Shown here: positions 9,316-19,623 of the stretch, piece by piece
Layout of the letters: each line of letters opens with the position of its first letter
How positions within the stretch are numbered: the first letter of the stretch is position 1
Origin: a virus
Taxonomy: Duplodnaviria > Caudoviricetes
Direction: 5' to 3' (one strand)
DNA length: 64,000 nucleotides
IMG/VR virus record: IMGVR_UViG_3300037067_015585
Coordinates: 32,001-96,000 of that record
Notes under the pieces: model-generated
What the model was told of the DNA's origin: nothing
Database searches by the model: none
Seen by the model: the letters and a program-made list of their open reading frames with translations, nothing else
Made by a program: the position numbers and the translations under genes

Positions 9316-12300
9316 TTAGATTCTATTTTCGCCGGATTTGACAGGCTTGAGACCAGGAGCCGATTTAGTGCTGACATCAACGTCACCACCATCTTCGAAT
9401 CCCTCTATCTTTTTGCCTTTGCCATGAGGCTTCTGTGCACCCTTTTCTTTTGGCGGCTCACGATGGTCTTGCTTTGTGGTATCGTAGTCGCTCTTCTTCG
9501 GGTCTGTGATATCCTTATCTTCCTGAATCTTCTCTTCGCCCTCGACTTCTTCAGTCTCTTCGGGTTCCTCTGGTTCAGGAGTCTCACCAGTCTCAAAATC
9601 AGGCATTTCATCGGTATCTGTCTCCGGTGACTCTGGTTCTGAGTCGATTGCCGGCTCAGTCACTGGCTGCATTGACGTTTCGCCAGTTTCTCCACCGATA
9701 CCACTATCAATATCACTATCATCGATACCACCAGATATTCCAGCAATATCAACTTCTTTCACTTCGCCGCCATCACCACCAACACCATCAGCACCAGTGT
9801 CGATTGAAACTGAGACTGATCCGTCGCCACCGGCTGTAATTGTTGCTACAGCTTCGTCGAGTGCGCGATCATCTTCCTCAGTAATTGGTCGGAATTGTTC
9901 AATTCCCTCTGCTAGCCACTTAGAGAATGGAATACCATTGCCTTTCTTGATACCAGCAGCAGCCAGTGCACTCTCAAAAAGATTCTCAGGAACCGGAATA
10001 TTAACATTGCCATCTTCACTCAAAATGACAAATGGATTAGCGTAATCAAGGATAAATCTTACACCATCAAGATCACCCTTCATACCCTTACCGGCCTCGT
10101 CGTGCTCAAGCCACACAACATTACGCCGAACGCGAGATTCATTGGTTGGAGCATTACCAGTCAATCCGGAATCTGCTTCTGGTGCTTCTCCATCAATCTC
10201 CGTGACGCTATTACCGCTCGGTTTCTTGCGCTCGGTCTTGTTCAAACTTGAACGACGTGGATTACGCCGACGCATCAAAGTACCACTCTTATATTGATCT
10301 TCAGCAATTTGTTTAAATTGCTCGACAATATTATCAATGGTAGCATTAACGCGATGTTCAGGAATGCGAATACCAGATGCAGTAATCGCTTCTAATGCTA
10401 ATTTATGAGCGTCAATATTGTTGATATCGACATTCTTTGATTCGGCTATTTTAAACATGCCAGAAATGACATCCGACATCTCGTCGCGAAGTATCGACTT
10501 GCCGTAATCAATACCCATATTGCTTGTGAAATCAACTGACTCGCCCATAGCATAAGGATCGGCACTCTCATCACATTCAGTCTCTTCACATTCTCCTTCA
10601 TCCTTTTCATCCTTGTCGCCTTCCTTACCATCTTTCTCGGCAAGCTTTTTCTCAAGCCATTCCTTATCTTCGGAAAGCCCAAGAGCCTTGCCAATCAGCC
10701 GCTCTGATACTGGCTTTTTGGTCTTTTGCTTGCTGTCGAGCTGCATACCCTCTTCTTCCTCGTCGCCACCAAGTCCGAGTTCGTCAAGATCGTCCTCGCC
10801 GCCCTCTTCCTCGTCTTCGTCACCGAGTCCGAGTTCGTCGAGATCCTCTTCACCGCCCTCTTCACCACCAATATCATCACCAACATCACCACCAATATCA
10901 CCAATCTCCTCACCACCACCAGCACCCGCCTCGGGTGCAGCTGCCGCAGAAGATCCGCCGATTTGGATTAATGGCGAGTTGATAATGATATTAGGTTGAC
11001 CGGCTGTACCGGCCTGATCCAAACTACCACCAATTTCGCTACCAAGCTCTTCACCTTGATCGATTCCAGCGTTGGTTTCAGAACCACCTTGCGTGTCATA
11101 ATCATTAAGAGTATCCATCGCTTCGAGCTCTTTGTGTGCTGAAGCTAATGTCTCACGGACAAGGTAGACTGTGGCATCGTCAACTTCTGACTCTGATAGT
11201 TTCTCGATCAGTTCGTTGACCTTCTCTTTCAATTCCATATCTTCTTGGATCTTCGGGCTATCACGCAACAACCCAAGAGCGGTACGATAAGCTTTCACCT
11301 CTTCGTCGCGTGGTGACATAGCCTCATTGAAGGTTGCATTGACGAATTTATCATAATCACCGTCGAAATCTTTCGATTTTTCGAGGACTACTACATTCTC
11401 AAGCAACGTCGGGTGTTGTGACTTAACAGCTGTAGCACGCCATTCCTTAAGAATGGAATCACGATTAACCTTCAGGTTTGTGCGGTAGAATAAAGTTGCT
11501 GTATCGTTGCACAACTGTTGGTTCATCACCGATCTTGCTGCTAGAGTATTCTCGACAAGAGTTTGGCACTCTTGTCGTGTCAGCAAGCAGAATTCCTGTT
11601 GTTCAGCAAGGAAATTCTTAATCCCAGCAACAGCTTCAGAAATTTTATCATTGTCGATGAGCTTTGCGATCTTATAGATTCGCTTCTGGAATCCTTCAGA
11701 TTTGTAAGCTTCTTTAGCTGACTCACGCATATGTGTGCCAACTACTTTTCGGCACGTCCATTCGCTAACTGGCAACTTCTTGCGACGATCGCCATTGAAT
11801 GTGGCACTAATCAGTCTACCACTTTCAAGGACAACTGAGTCAGATAGACTCTCAACCAAAGCCTTGACCAATTTCTGCTTATCTGAATTACTCCACGATT
11901 TCGCAGTAGATTCTACACGCAATTTGCGAACAACACCATCGCGAGTACGAATTACACCAGATAATGGTATTGTGTATGGAGAGAACTTGTGTGCGGCAAG
12001 ATTATTGAAAGTCGTCCGCATCGCTCGCTGATCGTTAGCCTCGATGGCATTAATCAAGCCGTGGCAATCTTGTTCAAACAGTGATTGCTTCTGGCCTTCG
12101 ACTATCTTGACTGGTCGGACATTATTTATGTTGATCTTGCCACCACGCAAATGCTGGTGATCAGCAACATAATAGGAATTACTTGCAGTATCCTCAATGA
12201 ACAGATTGCCGTCATTGAGTGCTGCAAGACGCCACTTGGCTCCAACCCGTTGTCCGAGCTGCTCAATCAATGATTCATAGATAGCAACTCTGCTTTGAGC

Positions 12301-12366
12301 GGAATTGTTGATAGTCCCAAGAAACTTCCTACTATCCAATACGAGGCATTCGGCTTTGGTGGCCAT
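9316..12366 (-). CDS. Large acidic protein, probably a prohead core or internal head protein
   Basis: 1016 aa, directly after the portal gene; many L/I-x-E sites and Gly/Glu/Asp low-complexity tracts. Confidence 0.5.
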   Translation of the reverse strand: MATKAECLVLDSRKFLGTINNSAQSRVAIYESLIEQLGQRVGAKWRLAALNDGNLFIEDTASNSYYVADHQHLRGGKININNVRPVKIVEGQKQSLFEQDCHGLINAIEANDQRAMRTTFNNLAAHKFSPYTIPLSGVIRTRDGVVRKLRVESTAKSWSNSDKQKLVKALVESLSDSVVLESGRLISATFNGDRRKKLPVSEWTCRKVVGTHMRESAKEAYKSEGFQKRIYKIAKLIDNDKISEAVAGIKNFLAEQQEFCLLTRQECQTLVENTLAARSVMNQQLCNDTATLFYRTNLKVNRDSILKEWRATAVKSQHPTLLENVVVLEKSKDFDGDYDKFVNATFNEAMSPRDEEVKAYRTALGLLRDSPKIQEDMELKEKVNELIEKLSESEVDDATVYLVRETLASAHKELEAMDTLNDYDTQGGSETNAGIDQGEELGSEIGGSLDQAGTAGQPNIIINSPLIQIGGSSAAAAPEAGAGGGEEIGDIGGDVGDDIGGEEGGEEDLDELGLGDEDEEEGGEDDLDELGLGGDEEEEGMQLDSKQKTKKPVSERLIGKALGLSEDKEWLEKKLAEKDGKEGDKDEKDEGECEETECDESADPYAMGESVDFTSNMGIDYGKSILRDEMSDVISGMFKIAESKNVDINNIDAHKLALEAITASGIRIPEHRVNATIDNIVEQFKQIAEDQYKSGTLMRRRNPRRSSLNKTERKKPSGNSVTEIDGEAPEADSGLTGNAPTNESRVRRNVVWLEHDEAGKGMKGDLDGVRFILDYANPFVILSEDGNVNIPVPENLFESALAAAGIKKGNGIPFSKWLAEGIEQFRPITEEDDRALDEAVATITAGGDGSVSVSIDTGADGVGGDGGEVKEVDIAGISGGIDDSDIDSGIGGETGETSMQPVTEPAIDSEPESPETDTDEMPDFETGETPEPEEPEETEEVEGEEKIQEDKDITDPKKSDYDTTKQDHREPPKEKGAQKPHGKGKKIEGFEDGGDVDVSTKSAPGLKPVKSGENRI

Positions 12367-12436
12367 GTACTAACTCCCTATTGACTGCGAACACGAAGTT
12401 CGATTTGTGTCCTATATAATAATGTTTGCCTAAAGT

Positions 12437-14401
12437 TTAAGTGGGTAGATCATTTTGGTCAATATCATTATCATCAGAAACGATTGCAACTTGATTTTTA
12501 ATGATATTTCTAACCTCGTTTATTGCAGATTCACGATCTTTCTTTGGTACTGACCATTCCACTAACACACCATTATCAGTACCATTAATATCTTCAACAA
12601 TAACGCCATCATCATCTACCTTTTGTGCCGTCTTAGTAAGACCATCTAATTCCTTAGATTCTAATAGATATCTGAATGGATTAGATGGTCTTCCAGAATG
12701 CTGTGATATTTTGACTATATTACTGTATTGCTTCTTTTTACGTGCGTCTTTACGCATCTCCATCAATATTTTCTTCTCATCCTTCCTACTCTCAAGTTCA
12801 AAATCTTCGTCGCCACCCTCTTCTTCGCCTTCATCACCACCCTCTTCTTCTCCACCCTCTTCTCCTATGCCTTCGCCGCCTTCAGCACCTTCGCCGCCCT
12901 CTTCACCGCCAATATCTAAATCTAAATCGCCGCCGCCTTCATCATCACCCATGTCTAAACCGCCTCCGCCGATACCACCGCCACCGCCACCGCCACCGCC
13001 ACCTTCGTCTTCATCTGTGCCTTTCTCGTCTTCTTCCATTTCTTCCATTTCTTGAATTTCATCTGGCGACAGATCGGTGAATCTAGTTACAATCCAATTC
13101 TTCGGGAACCACCCTATCTCCTTCAAATTGGACATTACATCAACTCTTGTAGCCCAAGTCTCCATTCTATATAGATCATCGAGAGCAGAGCTTGATGCTA
13201 ATGATAAACTGAAGCCCTTAATATCTTGGACGGAGTATCCACGCAAAGCCAAATGAATAATTCCTATTTTCTGAAGGCTAAGTGCCATTTCAGATTGCAC
13301 CCATTGCACTGCTTTTGCAAATTCCGCATCGGATTGTGATAATGATTTTTCATTTGGTTCACCAGCACCTTCACCAATACCAACACGCGCGAATGGTATT
13401 TTTAATGGTGATATCATCTTCTTCTTGAAGTATTCGATATCAGATATCTTATCCATGTTCTCGCCACCTGGGAGAACTTCAATATCTGGTCCAGTACCAT
13501 CTGGACGCATTGGTAAGAAGAAATCGTCTTCTTGAACAATTGGAGAAAATCGCTCATCGAATGTTCCGGTAGTTGGATTATAAAATCTCTGCCGTTTGAA
13601 CATTCTTGCGATACTCATCAAATATTCTGGGACCTCCTTGGGAGGTATCATACCAACAGGAATCTTATATTTCCGTTTTTCTGGTCCTCTGGTGATACGA
13701 TAGATGAGCGAGGCATCCTCCATAAGCCTCAATTGTTTAAATGGTTTTCTAGAACCATCAATTATAGCACGTCCATATGGTGCATAAACCGATTCAAAAT
13801 TGGTCAGCCTCATGTGCATACATGACCACGGATGCATAAAGACTGGCTCTGGATACATCTCATCTTGGTAGAAGAATCCCACCAAATCACCAAATCTCGT
13901 CTCGATACGGGTGAAATTGTAAATGTTCATAAACCGTAGCGAAGATACACCAGTACGGTTTCTATCAGTCACAACTTCGAAAGCAGCATCTCCAAATTTA
14001 CAGAGATATCTTGCTGCTGGTCTTAACCACCTATCAATAAGCAATGTATCAAAATATAATTCTTCTAAATCTTGCTTGATTCGTCTATTTGAAGCTCTGA
14101 TTATAAGGCCGTGTTTATATTCTGGATCAATAAGGCTACATTCGTCAGCGTATAAATCTAAGGCAAGACTGATCTCACCTGTTTGGTCCATCTGCTCGTA
14201 ATCTTTATATCTCTCCAAGCGATTGATCTGTAGGTTAGTTTGCTGGAGGATCGCATTTTGGCTAGAGAAGTCTAAGAAATCTCCGCCTACAGCAAGCTTA
14301 TCTATAGATGATTGATCTTGTAAAATCCGCTCTTGCTGATATATGCGATTGGCGCGAGTAAATTCCCTGATACGATCCCAAACCAACCAGTTAGCGGGCA
14401 T
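12437..14401 (-). CDS. Portal protein, T4 gp20-like
   Basis: ALDLYADEC, QLRLMEDASLIYRITRGPEKR, EDDFFLP, LPGGEN...DIEYFKKK. Confidence 0.95.
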   Translation of the reverse strand: MPANWLVWDRIREFTRANRIYQQERILQDQSSIDKLAVGGDFLDFSSQNAILQQTNLQINRLERYKDYEQMDQTGEISLALDLYADECSLIDPEYKHGLIIRASNRRIKQDLEELYFDTLLIDRWLRPAARYLCKFGDAAFEVVTDRNRTGVSSLRFMNIYNFTRIETRFGDLVGFFYQDEMYPEPVFMHPWSCMHMRLTNFESVYAPYGRAIIDGSRKPFKQLRLMEDASLIYRITRGPEKRKYKIPVGMIPPKEVPEYLMSIARMFKRQRFYNPTTGTFDERFSPIVQEDDFFLPMRPDGTGPDIEVLPGGENMDKISDIEYFKKKMISPLKIPFARVGIGEGAGEPNEKSLSQSDAEFAKAVQWVQSEMALSLQKIGIIHLALRGYSVQDIKGFSLSLASSSALDDLYRMETWATRVDVMSNLKEIGWFPKNWIVTRFTDLSPDEIQEMEEMEEDEKGTDEDEGGGGGGGGGGIGGGGLDMGDDEGGGDLDLDIGGEEGGEGAEGGEGIGEEGGEEEGGDEGEEEGGDEDFELESRKDEKKILMEMRKDARKKKQYSNIVKISQHSGRPSNPFRYLLESKELDGLTKTAQKVDDDGVIVEDINGTDNGVLVEWSVPKKDRESAINEVRNIIKNQVAIVSDDNDIDQNDLPT

Positions 14402-14512
14402 AATTACCTAGCCTGTTGAATACAATTTTCACCAACATATTTTTAAATGTAAGTATTCCTCTTATGCACAATGCAGCCAAGATACTTGTATATTATATTT
14501 ACAACTAACCAA

Positions 14513-15460
14513 CTAATTAGGATAGTCTTTATCTGATTCACACAGCAAAGCTGCTGGATTAATAAGACCAAACCCACTAATATTATCTCTACCAGCATGA
14601 TCTATATCGGTCGAAGACTCAGATAACAGCTTGACTATCTCATCTTTAGTTAATCGTGATTTATTATTTTGTTTACGCTCAGATGCTATCAGTGCTATAA
14701 CACCAGCAACAAAAGGACATGCCATGCTAGTGCCACTCAATGCTGCTAATCCATTGGGTGGCCAGCATGATATAACTTGATCTCCTGGTGCTACTATATC
14801 GACACGATCTCCGCGAGATGAATAACTAGTGACACGTTTATTGCGATCGATAGCACCAACACCAATCGTCTCAGGATATCTAGCAGGATAATTTATAGCA
14901 TCAAGCACAGATCCATTATTCCCAGCAGCACAAACAATTATAGACTTTTCTGATGCTGATATAATAGCATTATGTAACATGTCAGTACTTGCTGGCGATC
15001 CGACACTCATAGATATTATATCAGCACCTTGCCATGTTGCCCACTTAAGCCCGTTTATAACTGCTTGGTCGTAACACGAATTATTGTCGGCAACAACCTT
15101 ACAGATCAGTAATTTACACTCAGGAGCAACACCTATGATACCCATATTGTTAGATCTGGCACCAATTATACCAGCAACATGTGTACCATGTCCTATAGCA
15201 TCTTCGACGCCGCGAGTGCTTCCAGTAAAATCAACGCTTAAAAATATGGCATCTATGAGATCTTGATGGTGTTGCGCTATTCCGGTATCAAGTATAGCGA
15301 CTTTTATGTCTTGACCTTTCGTTATCTTCCAAAGGTCCATGATACCTTCGCAGGTCAAGCCCCAATTCACAGTATCCGAATTAGACCTATTTACAGAAAA
15401 CGAAGGTAGTTTGAGACTTTGTGGTAGTTTAAGATTCTGTGGTAATTTAAGATTCTGCAT
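14513..15460 (-). CDS. Subtilisin-like S8 serine protease
   Basis: Catalytic motifs ILDTG, GHGTHVAG, AAGN, GTSMACP. Confidence 0.95.
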   Translation of the reverse strand: MQNLKLPQNLKLPQSLKLPSFSVNRSNSDTVNWGLTCEGIMDLWKITKGQDIKVAILDTGIAQHHQDLIDAIFLSVDFTGSTRGVEDAIGHGTHVAGIIGARSNNMGIIGVAPECKLLICKVVADNNSCYDQAVINGLKWATWQGADIISMSVGSPASTDMLHNAIISASEKSIIVCAAGNNGSVLDAINYPARYPETIGVGAIDRNKRVTSYSSRGDRVDIVAPGDQVISCWPPNGLAALSGTSMACPFVAGVIALIASERKQNNKSRLTKDEIVKLLSESSTDIDHAGRDNISGFGLINPAALLCESDKDYPN

Positions 15461-15491
15461 AATGATATCCGACTTATATTTGTCAATGCCA

Positions 15492-17420
15492 TTATGTGAT
15501 AATTTTATATTTCTTATTCGCTACTGGTGGAATATTTTGTGTTTCGATTGGTAATGCACCAAGTTGCTCAGCAAACTTAATAATCTCATTCGATATGCTA
15601 ATATCTACCGGTGGCTCAGAAAAACCAGACATCGGTGCTAACATTGATGGATCTAATTTAATCGTATCACTTTCTAGAATTCCAAGATCTGTCTGCATTG
15701 ATTCTTGGAATGGAATCAATCCACCAATCATCTGTGTTGCGGCATCATTGATGCCTATGCACGCTAGACCGAGACTAATAACTAAATCGTCATGATTACC
15801 TGGCCCGTCCTCTGCCTCAGTCTTATCGGTATCACGTCCAGCACGATCTTTTTTCCTTACATAAATCTGCAGTTGCTTTAATAAGCGACGGCTATAAACC
15901 TTATATCCACCTTCTGGTTGCAAATAATCGATTAATGCTTTATTTAATGTCGGTTTCGATGCTTGGCCAGTATAAAATCCATATTCAGCAAATTGAATAT
16001 GGTTCTTTCTAGCTGTTGCTGATGGTTTGTCGTTTATATCCTTTTTCCGCCACAGATTCGGATACATTAGGTCACGCATATCATCGATAAAAGCATCACC
16101 ACCATTATTACGCTCGATAACCATCATAGCGCTGTTATACCATCGACCAATATAATCGGCTAAAAGCTTGAAATGCTTCGGCAGGGTGCGTATCATCATC
16201 TCTGCAACTTGCTCTTGCGTATCTATATCTAGAACTTCAAGGCCAAAGTAGTCTCGGCCTTTACCAGTTGCAATATCAATTCCGATTGAATATCGATGCG
16301 GCTGCTCTCCTGGATCTACAAGATGACGTCCCTGATATATTGGTCTCTTACCACGATTTGGTTTTTTCCATATCCATAACCCTTCATCTTTATCTAATTC
16401 ACGTTTATCGCCGCCATTAAAATTAATAGACATATGTGTGTTTTTTACTGGATGCACATATGTCTGTGGTCCTTTTATTCGTTTGAAATCATCAGCCAGA
16501 ATCGTCTGGTAATATGCTAACACTCTCGGGTCAATAATCGTACTACCAGATCCAATAAACTCGGCAAGAATTTCTTGTCTGAATTTCCATGTTTCGCCGC
16601 GTTCTTGAAGACCGCGATATTGTTCTTCTAGCCATGGAGACCATTTTTGTCCATATTTCTCAATTTCTTCTGGTGTCACACAATCGCGTAATCCGGCTGT
16701 AGGCGCGATAATTTTTAATTCGCCAGTCATATCATCGCGATAGCGTATTTCCCAATCCATATCCCACCAGTCAATCTGGATGGGATGAAAATCGTTGAAA
16801 CCAGCAACAGCGTCAGTCCATGTGCTCCAATACCAACCACCAACACCAGAAGTCGTTGAAACCACAATAACACTACCACCGTGAATCAACGTCGGCTGAC
16901 CGGCTGCCCACATCACACCCATATCTCTAATGAATGCTGCTTCGTCGATAATATTCAATGACGAAGCATTCGAGCGTAATACATCTGGGTTTGATGTCAA
17001 TGACCTAATGCGAGATCCATTAGCAAAACATATTTCATGTTCATTTTCTTTTGTTGGCTTCCAGGCATCCTGCATCCATTGCGGAAGATAACGAAATAAG
17101 AAAATGATATTCTCACGTAAAAAGTTGATGGCATCTCCATCAGTACGTGAAACTATCAATACCGTTTTATTGGCAAAAAACATCGCAAACCACAATGCAA
17201 ACGCACCAGCAATCTTACTGGCACCAGTTTGTCGTGATTTTTTGAATATGTTAAATCGATATTTTCTAAAAGCATTTAGCGCTTTGATTTGATAACTAAA
17301 TGGATCTAATGGTAGAATGCCAGCAGTAGGATGCTTAGTTTTACCAAAATTCTTGAGGAAGAATATAGTAGACTTCTGACACCGACGCACAACTTCAGTT
17401 TGTGTAGCTGTAAAAGCCAT
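15492..17420 (-). CDS. Terminase large subunit, gp17-like
   Basis: KSRQTGAS Walker A, IIDEAAF Walker B, GIDIATG, IERN, HDDLV nuclease motifs. Confidence 0.95.
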   Translation of the reverse strand: MAFTATQTEVVRRCQKSTIFFLKNFGKTKHPTAGILPLDPFSYQIKALNAFRKYRFNIFKKSRQTGASKIAGAFALWFAMFFANKTVLIVSRTDGDAINFLRENIIFLFRYLPQWMQDAWKPTKENEHEICFANGSRIRSLTSNPDVLRSNASSLNIIDEAAFIRDMGVMWAAGQPTLIHGGSVIVVSTTSGVGGWYWSTWTDAVAGFNDFHPIQIDWWDMDWEIRYRDDMTGELKIIAPTAGLRDCVTPEEIEKYGQKWSPWLEEQYRGLQERGETWKFRQEILAEFIGSGSTIIDPRVLAYYQTILADDFKRIKGPQTYVHPVKNTHMSINFNGGDKRELDKDEGLWIWKKPNRGKRPIYQGRHLVDPGEQPHRYSIGIDIATGKGRDYFGLEVLDIDTQEQVAEMMIRTLPKHFKLLADYIGRWYNSAMMVIERNNGGDAFIDDMRDLMYPNLWRKKDINDKPSATARKNHIQFAEYGFYTGQASKPTLNKALIDYLQPEGGYKVYSRRLLKQLQIYVRKKDRAGRDTDKTEAEDGPGNHDDLVISLGLACIGINDAATQMIGGLIPFQESMQTDLGILESDTIKLDPSMLAPMSGFSEPPVDISISNEIIKFAEQLGALPIETQNIPPVANKKYKIIT

Positions 17421-17998
17421 TACTCATCTCCAGATGATTGGCTTAATATTTTTAATAATTCAGCGTCACTGCCAGATACATTAACGTTATTTTGAATGGC
17501 ATTAACAGCAGCTTTCGTCGCAGATAGCAACTTAGAGCGTGAATCAAGCAACTTTACTGAATGGCCGTTCGTGTCAGCGAGAACGCCAAGTGCTTTTACT
17601 AACGACATCGTGTCTGTTTCGGCGTCAGTATTTGCTCTAACACGCACCAATAGTATATCTATGACCTCATCGATTTTGCAACGATCTCTCTTAAGATTAG
17701 TCTGAACTTCGTTATAATCATGATCAAATTTTTCTACTACATTATTCAAATCTGTCAAAGATTGTGGTGTTTGCTCTACTATTGGCAAATCTGGCAGATC
17801 TGTTTGTTCTACATCTACTATCGGATCACTCAATTCTGGATCAGGAATTGTAGTAGGCACAATTAATGCAGTTTGTGCCGGTGCTTCTATTGATGCCTGC
17901 ACGTCATCGGCTGGCTTCTCTAATTCTAAATCAGCCAATAACGATTGTAATTCATCATCCATAGCCTTTAATGGTTCTTCAGGCATTAATTTTTCCAT
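17420..17998 (-). CDS. Putative terminase small subunit
   Basis: Helical protein coupled (TAATG) to the large terminase; positional inference only. Confidence 0.45.
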   Translation of the reverse strand: MEKLMPEEPLKAMDDELQSLLADLELEKPADDVQASIEAPAQTALIVPTTIPDPELSDPIVDVEQTDLPDLPIVEQTPQSLTDLNNVVEKFDHDYNEVQTNLKRDRCKIDEVIDILLVRVRANTDAETDTMSLVKALGVLADTNGHSVKLLDSRSKLLSATKAAVNAIQNNVNVSGSDAELLKILSQSSGDE

Positions 17999-18482
17999 CA
18001 GTATAATTCTCTATTAGGTCTTTTAAGCCCGACAGCCATCGATCGTCGAACTGACTTGGCCGCTGCGATAGCTTTTTTACAAGCATATAAAGAGATCCTC
18101 GATCAACATCACGTAATTTAGACTCACACTCAGATAGTGCAAGTCCCTTATTTATTTGCAAAAATTCAATTGCCTCTTTAAATTGCTCTGGATGTGCTTT
18201 GTTATGTTTAATCCGATTACGTAATGCACCCTTACCACGTAATGTTGAAGTTGGATCGTTGTGGTCGGCAGGCTCGTGGTCAGTCTTATCGTCAACCTGA
18301 CGCCCCAGACTACTAGATCGTGGGCCAATCTTGGCAGATTTCATCTGCCTCTGAACTCGCTTATTAATGCTCGTAGAATTTGTTTCAGCTATAAATTTAT
18401 TGAAATCGTCGGCAGTTACCGTTTTTTCGTCAATCAGACGATTAATCTTTTGTACGGCATCTTCAGTATCTTGCTTTTCCAT
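17979..18482 (-). CDS. Hypothetical protein
   Basis: 167-aa ORF coupled to its neighbours. Confidence 0.6.
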   Translation of the reverse strand: MEKQDTEDAVQKINRLIDEKTVTADDFNKFIAETNSTSINKRVQRQMKSAKIGPRSSSLGRQVDDKTDHEPADHNDPTSTLRGKGALRNRIKHNKAHPEQFKEAIEFLQINKGLALSECESKLRDVDRGSLYMLVKKLSQRPSQFDDRWLSGLKDLIENYTDGKINA

Positions 18483-19510
18483 TATTCTTCATCCTGGCAG
18501 AGGAATTGTTTCTTTAACTGCTTGTCGTGTTCATTTTCGTGACTTAGCGGTGAGTCTGTAAACTCGTGGCTGCGTAATCTTAGCATCTTAATAAAATTAT
18601 TCACTTGAATGCGTGACAACCCAGAATGCTCAACCAGCTTGCCAATTAATCCATCATATGGTTTGTCGTCGTTTTTTATTATGTTGCAGAGTGCTTCTAT
18701 ACACCTCATATTGTCTGCACTATATTTGCAGATTTGAGATGCCTCTGTGAAGAATCTCTTTAAACGATCTTCGTCAACCTTATTCGTACTACAGATATGA
18801 TCCTTATATGCCGATGAATTTTTTCGATCGCGGCCTTCTTTCTTAACAAAAGCTAAAATGACTGTGCGGCTGACCTGTGACCACATATTAAAAACTTTAG
18901 AGTTTCCTCTGAAAAGAACAGTAACAGATCCACCAAACGTCCCTTGCTTCGGTTCAACATCTGGGTGAGAATCTAGCATAGCACCACAATAAGGACATCT
19001 AGGATGATGCTTTTCAAAGACAACAAATTTCTTGCTACCTGTCTGGCTGTATTTTGGATCGAATAATTGTTCGAATGTAATTATACCATATTCTGATTCA
19101 GATGGTATGTATAAAGCTGAGCCAATAGGTCTATCTGGATTATAACAGTTTCTGCAATGCGGTTTTGCTCTAAATTTATATAATGTTCGTTCAACTTGCA
19201 CCCATGCCGTTTGCACTAAATCACCAAAGGCTGATTCTTCTTGCCCAGGATAAATCATGTGCAGATTTTGTTTTCTGATTATCTGTTTGATTAATTCTGG
19301 TGCATGAATCATTATAGAATCACGAATAGCAACGTCAGTACAATTAGTCCAAATGTAACGACGCAACTTGTCTTCTACAATCTCGTTGATGAAATAGTGT
19401 TTTTTTAGTAATAATCCCGGATCATCTGGGAGAACTTCCTCGATATCATCTGCTGGTAGTTCGGATAAATCTTCTAAATCTACAGAATCAAGATCATCTT
19501 CAATCAACAT
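18482..19510 (-). CDS. Late-transcription sigma factor, gp55-like, with a Zn-ribbon insertion
   Basis: KHYF.NE, DLVQTAW...LYKF and KVFNMWSQVSRTVILAFVKKEGR resemble sigma region 2 of gp55; CRNC and CPYC lie between them. Confidence 0.6.
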   Translation of the reverse strand: MLIEDDLDSVDLEDLSELPADDIEEVLPDDPGLLLKKHYFINEIVEDKLRRYIWTNCTDVAIRDSIMIHAPELIKQIIRKQNLHMIYPGQEESAFGDLVQTAWVQVERTLYKFRAKPHCRNCYNPDRPIGSALYIPSESEYGIITFEQLFDPKYSQTGSKKFVVFEKHHPRCPYCGAMLDSHPDVEPKQGTFGGSVTVLFRGNSKVFNMWSQVSRTVILAFVKKEGRDRKNSSAYKDHICSTNKVDEDRLKRFFTEASQICKYSADNMRCIEALCNIIKNDDKPYDGLIGKLVEHSGLSRIQVNNFIKMLRLRSHEFTDSPLSHENEHDKQLKKQFLCQDEE

Positions 19511-19623
19511 GGTAATGTCCTCCGAAACTATTTACTTACATAAGTATTTTTATTTCTATGGTGGCCAAGTTAGTAGTATAATATAATTATTATTTCCAAA
19601 GTATTTCGAAGTATTTAATTAGT

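Noticed and set aside
10613-13080. Ser/Pro-rich plus-strand ORFs
   Set aside because: Antisense of the Gly/Glu low-complexity tracts.
14513-15460. S8 protease as the prohead maturation protease
   Set aside because: The capsid and scaffold carry L/I-x-E sites typical of a gp21-type protease, which is probably encoded outside this window.
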